This document shows positions 12,425 through 25,571 of a stretch of 64,000 bases of DNA, one piece after another (position 1 is the stretch's first letter; the number at the start of each line of letters is the position of its first letter). The stretch spans positions 149,340 to 213,339 of the forward strand of contig CAVOOU010000028.1 of NCBI GenBank assembly GCA_963697645.1, given 5' to 3'. The translations under genes were made by a program, and so were the position numbers. Below the pieces are notes generated by a model. The model did not search any database, was not told the origin of the DNA, and was given only the letters and a program-made list of their open reading frames with translations. The DNA comes from an uncultured Acidobacteriota bacterium (lineage in GTDB: Bacteria; Acidobacteriota; Terriglobia; Acidiferrales; UBA7541).

Positions 12425-12637
12425 CGCACCGCGCAAAACGTGGCGGCGGCCTTCAAACCAGCGAATTTCTAATAGGAACAATCGGTATTTCAGAAAACAA
12501 CTCATCTCCTTGCAAACAAAGGAGAAAGCAATTTTCTAATAGGGACAAAAACGGCATTTCGCCGTTCCGCGCAGTGGCTGCGCCACTACGTTTGCACGAA
12601 TCTCGAGTCACGAATTACGAGTCACGAAGGGGTCTAA

Positions 12638-15324
<2,687 letters not shown>

Positions 15325-15328
15325 AAGG

Positions 15329-15357
15329 GGTGCCGCTTTTGTGCGCTAGCGGCACCA
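15329..15357. terminator. hairpin between convergent gyrA and the VWA gene
   Basis: GGTGCCGC-N13-GCGGCACC. There is no clear U-tract. Confidence 0.4.
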
Positions 15358-15441
15358 CCAAACGCAGACCGAAGAACGACTGAGAAGCGGCCTGCGAGGC
15401 CATGGCTTGGTTTTTGGTCTATCGCGCCCGTTAAAGCGCAA

Positions 15442-16599
15442 CTAATCCGCGGGCGGTGGCGGCAAATAATATCCCGGGCGCGTGCGCACGCTTACGCCCT
15501 CCCGGTCCACCGTCACTTTGATCTCGTGGTAGCCGGACTCGACATTCGGCGGCGGGCGGTACCCCAGCGAATACTGCGCGTGAATCTCGCCGCCGATTTC
15601 ATCCACTGCTTTCTGAATCGTGCTGTCCTTCTTCGCGTTCAAGAACATCCCGCCCGTCGCCTTGCTCGCGATCGCCAGCGAATTCGGCCCAATCGCGTTC
15701 TTGCCGGTTTTCACCAGCCAAATCGCCAGCGCCATGTAATCGATCGGCGCATTGGCCGCCTGCCGTTCGAGGTCGGGTGTCTGCGGCTTTCCTGGCGGCG
15801 TCGGAATCGGATACGTTCCCGGCGGGCCGAGCGAGTGGTCAACCGGTTCCTTCTTCGCGCGCAAATCCGCCATCGCGGTGCTGAGCCCGATCGAATAGAT
15901 CGTCACATTCGCGAGCTGCGCGCTCCGCAGCACTTCGCCAAGCGTGCTCTCGCTGCCCGTGTCCTGCGCTTCGCCGAGGACCACCAGAATCCGCCGCTGC
16001 GGCAGCGGCCGCTTTTCGAGCAGCGAAATCCCGCGCGCCATCGCGTCGTACAGATGCGACCCGGAATTTCCCGTGGTGAGATGGTTGATCACGTCTCCGA
16101 TGCGCTCCGGATCGGTGGTGAATTTCTTCAGCAGGCTCACATCGTCGTCGTAGCCCACCACGGCTACTTCTGAAGTCTGCGCCATCACGGTTTCCGTGAA
16201 CACGATGCCCATCCGCTTCACCGACGGAAACATCGGATCGATGTGCGAGCTGGTCTCGACGACAAGCACGATCGAAAGCGAACTCGCGCCGAGATCGAAG
16301 TGCTCGATCTTCTGTTCCACTCCATTGTCGAAAATGTGGAAGCTTTCTTTGGGAATATCGAGCAGCATCTCGCCACTCGCGTTGCGCACCGTCACCGGCG
16401 CGGTCACTTCGTTCACGCGCACGTGAATCGTGCGCTTCGCTTCTTCGGGGGTCGGCTGCTTTTCCGGTTCAATACCTGGCTTAGTGTGGAGCGGTCCAGG
16501 AGGCGCTTGGGCGAGCGCCGGACACGGCAGCGCCAAAAGCGCCGCAACCGCCGCGATCAACGCGACCAAGCCCGCTATTCTCGGTAAGCCAAAGCCCAT
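15442..16599 (-). CDS. secreted VWA-domain protein, VWFA-related acidobacterial type (TIGR03436-like)
   Basis: Signal peptide. N-terminal VRVNEVTAPVTVRNASGEML..FHIFDNGVEQKI followed by a VWA fold (SIVLVVETSS). Confidence 0.8.
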   Translation of the reverse strand: MGFGLPRIAGLVALIAAVAALLALPCPALAQAPPGPLHTKPGIEPEKQPTPEEAKRTIHVRVNEVTAPVTVRNASGEMLLDIPKESFHIFDNGVEQKIEHFDLGASSLSIVLVVETSSHIDPMFPSVKRMGIVFTETVMAQTSEVAVVGYDDDVSLLKKFTTDPERIGDVINHLTTGNSGSHLYDAMARGISLLEKRPLPQRRILVVLGEAQDTGSESTLGEVLRSAQLANVTIYSIGLSTAMADLRAKKEPVDHSLGPPGTYPIPTPPGKPQTPDLERQAANAPIDYMALAIWLVKTGKNAIGPNSLAIASKATGGMFLNAKKDSTIQKAVDEIGGEIHAQYSLGYRPPPNVESGYHEIKVTVDREGVSVRTRPGYYLPPPPAD

Positions 16600-16798
16600 A
16601 GGGGTATTTTATCTGATTCCGGATTCGCCTCAGGGCGTTGCATGCATCGAACGGGCAAGTTCACGCGATGGAAATCGCGCTCAATACGCGTCAGGCGGCT
16701 TCAGTCCAACAGTACTAAAATAGCTGTTTGCGTGTTCATTTGCGTGTTTGCTGTCGCACTCATGGCCGCGCGCACCAGTTCACTCAGAGGGGGAATTC

Positions 16799-17644
16799 AT
16801 GAGACGTCCCAGCCACCTGCCGATGGCGAAGCTCGCCTACCAGGATCCCAGGTTTATGGAAAGCCTGGGAGCGCGCCCGTTGCGCATTCTGGCGGAGTAT
16901 CTCGATCCGCTCGCCCGGCTGCGGCGCGAGAAAGTGGCGGACACCATCGTGATGTTCGGCTCGGCGCGCATCCATTCGCGCGAACAAGCTGAGCACGAGC
17001 TAAAAGAAGTTCGCGCGCGCTCGCGCGGCCGCCGTAACGCCCAGTGGGCAGAGCGGATTCGCCACGCCAAATCCCACCTGGAGATGTCGCGTTACTATGA
17101 AGAAGCGCGCGAACTCTCGCGCCGCATCACCAGCTGGTCCATGACGCTCGGCGTGCATCCCAAGCGCTTCGTCATCTGTTCGGGCGGCGGCCCGGGAATC
17201 ATGGAAGCAGCGAACCGCGGCGCTTTCGATGCCGGCGGCTCGTCCATCGGGCTCAGCATCCAGCTTCCGCACGAGCAGCGCCCCAATCCCTACATCACCG
17301 AAGACCTGAATTTCTGCTTCCATTATTTCTTCATGCGCAAGCTGTGGTTCGCGCAGATGGCGAAAGCGTTGATCGTTTTCCCCGGCGGATTCGGCACGAT
17401 GGACGAGCTATTTGAAATGCTCACCCTGTTGCAAACGGGAAAGCTTTCCTCGCACCACATGATTCTGATCTACGGCAGGAAATACTGGGACAAAGTGTTC
17501 AACTGGCGCCACATGTTGCGCTACGGAACGATCAACGAGCGCGAGTACAAGCTGCTTCAGTTCTCCGATAATGTGGACGACGCATTCGACCGCGTCCGCG
17601 CGGAGATGGAAGAGCATCACCTCTCGGTGGACGAAGAGCAGTAG
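16799..17644 (+). CDS. LOG-family / TIGR00730 Rossmann-fold nucleotide-binding protein
   Basis: GGGPGIMEAANRGA and PGGFGTMDELFE motifs. Confidence 0.8.
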   Translation: MRRPSHLPMAKLAYQDPRFMESLGARPLRILAEYLDPLARLRREKVADTIVMFGSARIHSREQAEHELKEVRARSRGRRNAQWAERIRHAKSHLEMSRYYEEARELSRRITSWSMTLGVHPKRFVICSGGGPGIMEAANRGAFDAGGSSIGLSIQLPHEQRPNPYITEDLNFCFHYFFMRKLWFAQMAKALIVFPGGFGTMDELFEMLTLLQTGKLSSHHMILIYGRKYWDKVFNWRHMLRYGTINEREYKLLQFSDNVDDAFDRVRAEMEEHHLSVDEEQ

Positions 17645-17683
17645 CCGGCTCCTTTCGAAGCCACCGGCACACCAAAAAGCAAA

Positions 17684-17725
17684 GCGGGGATGGAGCGCAT
17701 GCCCCATCCCCGCTCTTTCATTTTC
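17684..17725 (+). terminator. rho-independent terminator after the LOG-family gene
   Basis: GCGGGGATGG-N9-CCCATCCCCGC followed by TCTTTCATTTT. Confidence 0.6.
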
Positions 17726-17756
17726 ACCGTCAGAGGGAAGCGTTTGTTCTCGTCAG

Positions 17757-18080
17757 TTAGTTCTTCGAAACTTCCAGATCCGGCTCGAAGGCGGTGCCAA
17801 ACATCGCTTCGAATCGCTGCTTCTCGTCCTTGTCGTGAACCAGCACCACCGGCGACACGCGCACCGACTGCTTGCACTCGCGGCAGGTGGTCGCTTCACC
17901 CTGCAGATCCTGCACGAATCCGTCAGTGAAGTGATACGCCGAGCGCGGGCGCCGTGCGTTCTTCACGCCCGGAAGGCCGCAATGCGGACAGGTGAACTCA
18001 ACGTGATCCTCGAGCGGATCGCGATTGAGCGCAGCCCATCCGGTGTATCGAACTCCAATCGTTTCCAGAGAATTCTTCAT
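17757..18080 (-). CDS. small zinc-ribbon-like hypothetical protein (107 aa)
   Basis: CPHC..(33 aa)..CREC cysteine pairs, with GAGAGG upstream of the ATG. Confidence 0.55.
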   Translation of the reverse strand: MKNSLETIGVRYTGWAALNRDPLEDHVEFTCPHCGLPGVKNARRPRSAYHFTDGFVQDLQGEATTCRECKQSVRVSPVVLVHDKDEKQRFEAMFGTAFEPDLEVSKN

Positions 18081-18475
18081 TATGATGACCTCTCAATCCC
18101 CAAGAGGGGGCTAGGAACAATACAATTAGACGCAAGAAACCCAAAAATGGTGCACGCGCGGGGCCAAAATCGTAATCGGATGAGAATTGAATAACTTAGA
18201 AGAATACTAACAACAATTTCGCAACTTACCCGCCGTTATCACCGAATTTCCGGAACTGCCGCGACGCTTCGGTGTCTATTGCTTCAAGAGGTCGCGCGAA
18301 CTTCGCAGCGGTTCAAGCGGTAAAGCCGAAGCGCAGCCTTCTCCGCGAACTAGCTGCCAGCTCGACCGAACGAGGGTAAGCGACCGTTGCATCGTCTCGG
18401 TTTCCTGACCGGAAAAGGACTAGAGAAAGCTGATTTGCAAAACGGCTGCCAGCCGTCGTGTGTGGAGGTGTGCCC

Positions 18476-19234
18476 ATGAGCGATCTCGGAAGCTTGTCTG
18501 AATGCCTGGTGGATAACGATCCCGCCGCGCGAGTGCGTGCGCGCCGGCTTCGCAGCAAAGCTCTCGCGCTTTCCCTCGCGCTTGAAGCCGCCATCCTAGC
18601 TGCGCTGCTCCTTTGGCCGCTCATCTCTCCGGGCGTGCTCACAGCGCATTACATCGTGACTCCCGCGCCTCCCTATTCGGGCTGGCGGCGCAGCGCACCA
18701 TCGCTCAGCAACGCGTTGCACTCGTCCACATCGAATCGCCTATTCCGGCGATTTGCCTCGCCGTTTGCGCTCCGGTGGTTCGTCCGTCGGCGCCAGAAAA
18801 TAGTTCGGAGGCGCCGGACATTGGCCTGGACCAGGGCGGCGGAAGCGAAGGACCGGGCCTGCCAGGCTCAGGGCCAAGTTTGCCCAGGCGGAACAGGCGA
18901 TCGCGTCATCGTCCCGGAACCGCCGCACGCCGAGCCGCCTCACGTTCGACCGATGCAGTGAGCGGAGGGCGTGATGGCGGCAATGCTTGTGAACCGAGTG
19001 GAGCCGCAATATCCGGCCATCGCCAAAGCGGCGCACATTTCCGGCACGGTGCATCTGCGCGCCATCATCGCGAAAGGATGGCACCGTGCGCGAACTCGAA
19101 GTGGTGGACGGAAATCCGCTGCTTGCGCGAGCGGCACTGCTTGCCGTGCAACTTGGCGTTACAGGCCAACTCGGCTGAATGGTGAGCCGGTGGAAGTGGA
19201 AACCTACGTCACGGTGAACTTCGTTTTGAACTGA
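18476..19234 (+). pseudogene. TonB-family energy transducer, disrupted by >=6 indels and an in-frame stop
   Basis: GGAGG RBS, N-terminal TM segment (LALEAAILAALLLWPLI), Pro/Gly linker and TonB C-terminal domain. The parts LVNRVEPQYPAIAKAAHISGTVHLRAIIAK|DGTVRELEVVDGNPLLARAALLAVQ|WRYRPTRLNGEPVEVETYVTVNFVLN are spread over all three frames. TGA at 18959. Confidence 0.75.
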
Positions 19235-19250
19235 ATGCGGGGAAAAGAAA

Positions 19251-19280
19251 AAGGGCGCCGCGAAATCTCGCAGCGCCCTT
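19251..19280. terminator. bidirectional hairpin terminator
   Basis: AAGGGCGC-N14-GCGCCCTT between convergent genes. Confidence 0.6.
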
Positions 19281-19310
19281 AAGGTTGCAGTGGTATCCGA
19301 GATGATAGCG

Positions 19311-19814
19311 CTAGAACTTGATCACAATGCCCGTCGAAAGGCGGCCATTGTTCTGGCTGCCTCCGAAAAGGCTGGTGTGAATCCAGTCGCCCTGAATGAT
19401 GCGCCAGTGAAACGGTCCGGCGATTTTTGTATCGATTCCTACGCCCAGTGCCGCGGCGAAGGACGTGTCACTGCCAAGGCCGCCATTCCTGTTCATATGG
19501 GCTACGCCCACCAGAAGCTGGGCGAATGGCGATACGCGCGCCGGAAAGGAAATCTGCGGGCCGAACAGATAGTTGTTCACACTGGTGCCGCCGCCGTAGT
19601 GCCCGTCAATGTCCGCTACGCCTCCGAGCCAACTTGTAAACTTGTATTGGCCCGCAAATTCGAATCCGTTCAGGTTGGAGTCGGGCCGGTTATCGTTGTG
19701 CATGAACGAATAACCGCCGAACACTTCCACTTTGTCGGAAAGGAGGCCTTGCGCGTGCGACGCGAAGGACACGAAGAAAAGCAGGCCCAGTAATAACGAA
19801 AGCTTTCGAACCAT
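19311..19814 (-). CDS. small outer-membrane beta-barrel protein
   Basis: Signal peptide MVRKLSLLLGLLFFVSFASHAQG, alternating strands, C-terminal ..TGIVIKF. Confidence 0.75.
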   Translation of the reverse strand: MVRKLSLLLGLLFFVSFASHAQGLLSDKVEVFGGYSFMHNDNRPDSNLNGFEFAGQYKFTSWLGGVADIDGHYGGGTSVNNYLFGPQISFPARVSPFAQLLVGVAHMNRNGGLGSDTSFAAALGVGIDTKIAGPFHWRIIQGDWIHTSLFGGSQNNGRLSTGIVIKF

Positions 19815-20011
19815 AAAACTTCCTCCTCAGGAGTATTGGGATTGAGACCCGCCGTGCGCCCAGCTCGGCGAGCCCGTTTCGTATCCAGCTAAGATTCGTT
19901 CGCCCTTCGCCTCCCCGGGAGAGAGGCTCGAGCACCTATCCTTCGGCTGGAGCTTGATTGGATGCTATCTGGCCCTAAACAGTGACGGATAAAAGACTTC
20001 TTCTACGGCAT

Positions 20012-22959
20012 CTATAGTAGAGGTTCCCCGGTGCCGTTGGCAATAATTTCCCGTGTGGCGTCGCGGAGGCGAACGATTTCGTGCCAGTCGTTGCCCGCGG
20101 ATGGATCGGGGACGACGAGCGGGCCGAATGACACCGTGACGCGGCCGGGACGAGGCAGGCGCGTCTTATCGCGCAGAATCTGGCGGGCGCCGCGCACGGC
20201 GACAGGGCAAATCGGCCGCTGCATATCTACGGCGGCCTTGAAGGCGCCGAGTTGAAACGGGCGAATGCCGGTCATCGAGGTGAAGGTTCCTTCCGGGTAG
20301 ATGGCCACCGATTCGCGGCGTCCGAGCGCTTCTTCCACATCTTCGGTCTGGCGCACGCGAGCTTGCGCGATCGCTGCGGTCGAAGGCGAGCTGGCCCGAG
20401 CGGCGGATGATTTTGCCGATGAGCGGCATATCGAGGGCTTCGCCTTTCGCGACGAAGCGCACACCGAGCGGAAGCGACGCGAGCGCCACAAAAATATCCA
20501 CGTAGCTCGAATGGTTGGGCGCAAAAATCCAGGGGCCGGACGTCGCGAGGTCGTTTAGTAATTCGCCGTGTTCGATTTCCAATGGGATCGCAGCTGCGCG
20601 CAGGATCAGCCGCGAGCCCGAGTGCGCGATTCGCGCCGCTCGGTCGCGATCCGAAGTGAGCGAGACGGCAATCCATAGCCCGGTCAGTATGATTCCAAAA
20701 GTCGAGAGTGCGTAGACGCCGTATGCAGCTTCGAAGGTGCGTTTCGTTCCAGCTTTCATCCACGCCCATGCACGAGGAACGGCACTGCGGGCTGCGAGGC
20801 GCGCCACCTGCACCCACGCCGCTTGCTGTTTTTTGCCGAGATTGCCTTCGAGGTAGAGGCGCCTTGTTTCGCTGCGGCGAAGCTTGCCGCTGGAAGTTTT
20901 CGGAATGGATTGCGGCCGAAGCAGCTCGACGGTGTCCGGGGGCACGCCCATCGCCTCGCTCACGGATTGCGCAATTTCGCCGGAGATGCGTTTCGCGGCA
21001 GACATATCGCGAACTTCCGCGGCGACGATTAATTTCTCGGTGCCGGTGCGCTCATCAGGAGCGCCGAACGCAACGACGCAGCCTGTGCGAACTCCGGAGA
21101 CGCGTCCCGCGATTTCTTCTACTTCGTGCGGGTAGATATTGCGGCCGGCTTTGATGATCACATCCTTGGCGCGGCCGGTGATGTAGATTTCGCCGTCCGC
21201 CCAGTAGGCGAGATCGCCGGAGTCGAGCCAGCCGCCTTCATGGATCAGTTCGCGCGTGGCGGCGGGATTTCGATAGTAACCGCTCGTCGCCGAGGCGCCG
21301 CGAAACTGGAGCTGGCCTTCGGCGCGCTCGCCGAGTGCGCGCTCGTTTTTTTCCTTGTCGACGATGCGAACTTCGACGCCGGGCATCGGTTTCCCGGCGC
21401 CGACGAATTCGAGCGGCGCCTTGTCATCCGGCTTTGCGGGAATGGCGCGGCCATTGGATTCGAGAGCGGCGCGCTCGATGCGATCCACCTTGAAGCCCGA
21501 GCCCAGCGGCGGCGCGGAAACGCCGAGGCATGCTTCCGCGAGCCCGTAAACCGGCATCAACGCTTCGCGGTGAAAGCCGTAGCGAGTGAATCGCGCGACA
21601 AATCGTTCGAGCGTGGCCGCGGCTACCGGCTCCGCGCCGTTGGTTGCGGCGCGCCAGGAACTGAGATCGAGCCCTTCGATATCTTTGTCCGCCACTTTTC
21701 GCACGCAGAGTTCGTAGGCAAAATTCGGCGCGGGGCTGATGGTTCCGCGGTGATTGTGAATCGCCCACAGCCAGCGATCGGGGCGGCTGAGAAACGCGAG
21801 CGGCGACATCACGACCAGCGGAATGCCGGTGACGATTGGAACGAACCAGGCGCCGATTAATCCCATGTCGTGATACAGCGGCAGCCAGCTGACGGCTACA
21901 TCGTCCGACTGAATATTGATGCCGCCGATGATCGCCTGAATATTTGCGAGGAGATTGGCGTGCGTGAGAATCACGCCTTTGGGATCGCCGGTGGATCCGG
22001 AAGTGTATTGCAGGAAAGCGATATCTTCGCTGCTGGCGCGATGCGCGAGATGTTCCACAGGCCGCCATTCGCCGGACGGCGTTGCAGTTGCATCGGCCGG
22101 TTGACCGCTCGCGAGGCGTTGCGCGTTCAGCACTTCGCGCAAGTGAAGGCACGCGCGGTTGCAGCGTGCGAGCGAGCCCTTCGGCTTGTCGCCAGGTGAC
22201 GAGAAATTGCGCTTCGGCATTGCGCAAGATGTTCGATTGCCGCGCGGCATATTCGGCGATGCGGTCGGCGCGAAACGGCGGATAAATCGGGACGGGAATG
22301 CCGCCCGCGAGCAGAATGCCCGCGAACGTGGAGAAAAATTCGGCGCAGGTGGGCAGCATGATCGCGACGGTCTGGCCGGGTTCGAGGCCGCGGCGGCGCA
22401 GTTCGTCCGCGACGGCGGACGATCGCTCGTAGAGTTCGCCGAAGGTGATCGTGCGCGGCTTTTCATCTTCTTCGTAGAGAAAGATGTGAGCGCGATTCGG
22501 CTCGGCCCGGCCGCGCAGCCGGATTACTTCGGTGAGCGTTTCCGCTTTGCGGATCTGCTCTTCGAGGTCGGGCGGGGTTACATCACGAGGGATAGGCTGC
22601 GCGGCGACGGATGCGCCGGTGCTCGCGGCGCCTGTGCCCGCACCCGTACCAGCATTGGTACCGTTCGACGACGGATTCTCGCGCAGGATCGCATCAATTA
22701 GATCCTGCACCGTGTCGGCTTCAGCCACCACTTGATCCGGCAGGCGTACCCCACAAGTGTTGCCGAGCCGCAGCATGAGCTCCACGCGTTCGAGACTGCC
22801 GAGCCCCAGTTCGCGTTCGAGGTGCGCTCGAGCGCCGCGCGCGCCAAGCTCCTCCAGCCCGCGCAAACCGCCAAGCTCGACGAGCAACTGCCGGACGGTT
22901 CCAAGCGCCTCCGCTTCGACGACGGCCTTGCGATCGAATTGTATTTTGGCAGCGCCCAC
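20012..22959 (-). CDS. tridomain ACP / fatty-acyl-AMP ligase / PlsC-type acyltransferase (Aas-like); two frameshifts (about 22140, about 20366)
   Basis: N-terminal carrier domain (LGLGSLERVEL). AMP-binding motifs (YTSGSTGDPKGV, GWLDSGD, PKTSSGK). Two TM helices. Acyltransferase motifs NHSSYVD and YPEGT. Three ORF fragments join as ..PRVPSL|REVLNAQ.. and ..FDRSDR|QARVRQTEDV... Confidence 0.8.
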
Positions 22960-23082
22960 AGGAATGGTCAGGGCGAAGTATCGCCCGGCTTGCGAATCTC
23001 AAATACCCCCGATGAGCCGAGCCTACCACCCGGCTACAGGTGGTTCAAGTTCCGGTACTGACCGGTGGATGTGCGGATTCTT

Positions 23083-23176
23083 GTACCGCTGCCTCCGGCC
23101 CGCGTTTTTCGAATTTGGTTTTGAACTTGTGCTTGCAAACGCAAAGTCAAAGGCGCCGGCCGGAGGCCAGCGGTAC
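23083..23176. repeat. 18/19-bp inverted repeat with 57-nt spacer
   Basis: GTACCGCTGCCTCCGGCC (23083-23100) pairs with GGCCGGAGGCCAGCGGTAC (23158-23176). Confidence 0.5.
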
Positions 23177-23225
23177 GAAAACCCCAACTTCGCAGATCGT
23201 GCTCGAGCGCAATTTCCGACGAAAG

Positions 23226-24050
23226 TTATTTTGGGTTGGTGGCCAAGGATTTCGAGAAGAGCCACGGGAATAATTTTGGGTCGTCGTAGGCTTTTACCCA
23301 GGATTGATGCCCGACGCCGGGATACTCGGTGTAGTGGGCGTCGCTGCTTACCTTCTTCATTGCTGCGAACATACGCTGCGATTCTGTGACCGGCACGATA
23401 TCGTCGACGGCGCCGTGGAAGATCCACACCGGAACATCGCCGATTTTGGTGGCTGCTTCTGAATAGCTCTTCGGATCGTCGGGCGGCGTCAATTTTACAA
23501 GATCGGGATAGGCTTTCAGCGCGGCGGCTGGCGGACGGATACCGCCGCAAATCACAATCAGCGCGGCAAATCGCCCCGGGTTATTTTCAGCCAGGCGCCA
23601 GCACCCGTAGCCTCCCATGGAAAGCCCCGTCAGATAAGTGCGTTGCGCGTCGCCGTCGAATTCTTTAATGGCGGCATCGAGCGTGGCTATGGCGAGATCC
23701 TGCATCGGCGGATGAAGCCACCAAAGATTCTTCGGGCATTGCGGCATCACTACGATGGCGGGAATCCGGCTGCGTCCATTGCGAATGGCCGGCCCGATGC
23801 CCACATCCGTCTCGAGCAAGCCGTCGTCGCCACGCTCGCCGGCGCCGTGAAGGAAAAGTATCACCGGCCACTTTTGGTGGGAGTTCCAGTTATCCGGCAC
23901 GAAGACCTGATACTTGTAAGTGGTTCCTTGCACCGTGATGGTGCGATCGAGAAATCCTGTTTCGTGTTTTCTTGCGTAGGAGGGAGCGGCAACCAGTAGG
24001 GATAACATCAGAATCAGGAGCGGAAGCAGTCTTCGCGGCGAAACGTCCAC
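23226..24050 (-). CDS. secreted alpha/beta-hydrolase (carboxylesterase / depolymerase-type esterase)
   Basis: GGAGG RBS plus GTG start, signal peptide, nucleophile elbow GLSMGGYG. Confidence 0.75.
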   Translation of the reverse strand: MDVSPRRLLPLLILMLSLLVAAPSYARKHETGFLDRTITVQGTTYKYQVFVPDNWNSHQKWPVILFLHGAGERGDDGLLETDVGIGPAIRNGRSRIPAIVVMPQCPKNLWWLHPPMQDLAIATLDAAIKEFDGDAQRTYLTGLSMGGYGCWRLAENNPGRFAALIVICGGIRPPAAALKAYPDLVKLTPPDDPKSYSEAATKIGDVPVWIFHGAVDDIVPVTESQRMFAAMKKVSSDAHYTEYPGVGHQSWVKAYDDPKLFPWLFSKSLATNPK

Positions 24051-24215
24051 TAAGTTCCTCCATCGTTACTCTAGCATGACTGTTCGATCATCACGGCCCT
24101 GTTGAGTCTTGCGGAGTAGGTATAAGGCTGTAGTTTGAGGACTTTTCTTCGAAAATCACGCGTGAGCAGCCGGCAGGCTAGAAACCCTTGGCAATGTGAC
24201 GGCGTCTACTTAGTA

Positions 24216-25547
24216 ATGGCCACCGGACGCCGGCTGGAACTGGACGCAATGCGCGGGCTGATGCTCGTCTGGATCACGCTCACGCACCTGCCCACGTCCG
24301 CGAGCAAATACGTGAATCAGCCCTTTGGCTTCATCTCCGCGGCCGAAGGATTTATTTTCCTTTCGGCGCTGTTTACCGGCCGCATCTACTTCCGCCTGGC
24401 CGAGCACGACGGCTATCGCGCGATGACGCGAAAAATGTGGGGCCGCACGGTCCGCCTGTACGTCTATCACGCGCTCTTGCTGGCTTTTGCGTTTTTGGTG
24501 GCTGTCCCGATTGCGTCGCGGGGCAACCGTCCGGGACTTCACAATCTGCTCAATTTTTATTTCACGGCCGGCCCCAGGCAGGCCATCACGGAAGCGGCAC
24601 TGCTGATTTATCGCCCGCCGCTGCTCGACATTTTGCCGCTGTACATCATCTTTCTGGCGATGTCGTCCGTTTTGATTTTACTGGCTCGCCGGATCGGATG
24701 GAAACCGATCCTGTGCGGGTCTTTCGCGTTCTGGGTGCTGGCGCAATTCGGTTTTCGCGCCGCCGAGCATAACTTCATGATGCACTACATCCCGACCAGA
24801 ATTCCGATTCACGAAATGGGAGCATTCGATTTGTGGGCCTGGCAATTTCTGTGGATCGTGGGAATCTGGCTGGGCGTGCGTTGGGCCCAGGACAATCTGC
24901 CGATCGAGGCGAGCGCGCGGAAGGTGGTGATCCCGGCGGCGGTGATCGCTGTGGCGTTCTTTGTATTACGGCGGATGATTGCGCACGGGTTTCAGCTGGA
25001 CGTGGCCGAGCGGCTCTTCGATAAATGGCATCTGGGACCGATGCGGCTTCTCGATTTCGCAGCGGTGGCCGCGGTGCTGATCGTTGGGCAACGCTGGTTA
25101 AAACCCCTGGCGGTGCGGCCGCTGGTGCTGATGGGCCAATCTTCGCTGCAGGTGTTTTGCGTGCACCTGCTCTTTTGCTTTGCCGGGCTCACGCTCATGG
25201 GCAATGCGTCCATGTTGAACGGCTGGCGGCAATTCGGTCTCTTAGCCGCAACGTTTGCTGCGATGCTGGCCACGGCAAAGCTTTTCTCGAAGAGCGAAGC
25301 CAAGCACGAGCGCCAGCCGAAGACTTCCCCAGGAGTTGGAACACAAATCATTTGGCCGCCACACCCTGAGCCTGCGTCACGGGTAGCCGCGGCAATGCCT
25401 CTGATGAAAAGCGATCACACCTGCAGTCAGCTCAGGGAGCACGAGGGACAGATACTCACTTTTCGTAAATTCAGTTTCATACCTACACGCTTTATCACTC
25501 CGCCTTTACAGCCCCTGCCCGATTCCCGCGCGCTCGAAATTTGGTAA
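24216..25547 (+). CDS. OpgC-family polytopic membrane protein
   Basis: N-terminus RRLELDAMRGLMLVWITLTHLP and about 10 predicted TM helices. The start is uncertain (24135 GTG or 24216 ATG). Confidence 0.7.
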   Translation: MATGRRLELDAMRGLMLVWITLTHLPTSASKYVNQPFGFISAAEGFIFLSALFTGRIYFRLAEHDGYRAMTRKMWGRTVRLYVYHALLLAFAFLVAVPIASRGNRPGLHNLLNFYFTAGPRQAITEAALLIYRPPLLDILPLYIIFLAMSSVLILLARRIGWKPILCGSFAFWVLAQFGFRAAEHNFMMHYIPTRIPIHEMGAFDLWAWQFLWIVGIWLGVRWAQDNLPIEASARKVVIPAAVIAVAFFVLRRMIAHGFQLDVAERLFDKWHLGPMRLLDFAAVAAVLIVGQRWLKPLAVRPLVLMGQSSLQVFCVHLLFCFAGLTLMGNASMLNGWRQFGLLAATFAAMLATAKLFSKSEAKHERQPKTSPGVGTQIIWPPHPEPASRVAAAMPLMKSDHTCSQLREHEGQILTFRKFSFIPTRFITPPLQPLPDSRALEIW

Positions 25548-25571
25548 CTCTGGTCGCACGAGGCTACCAGG

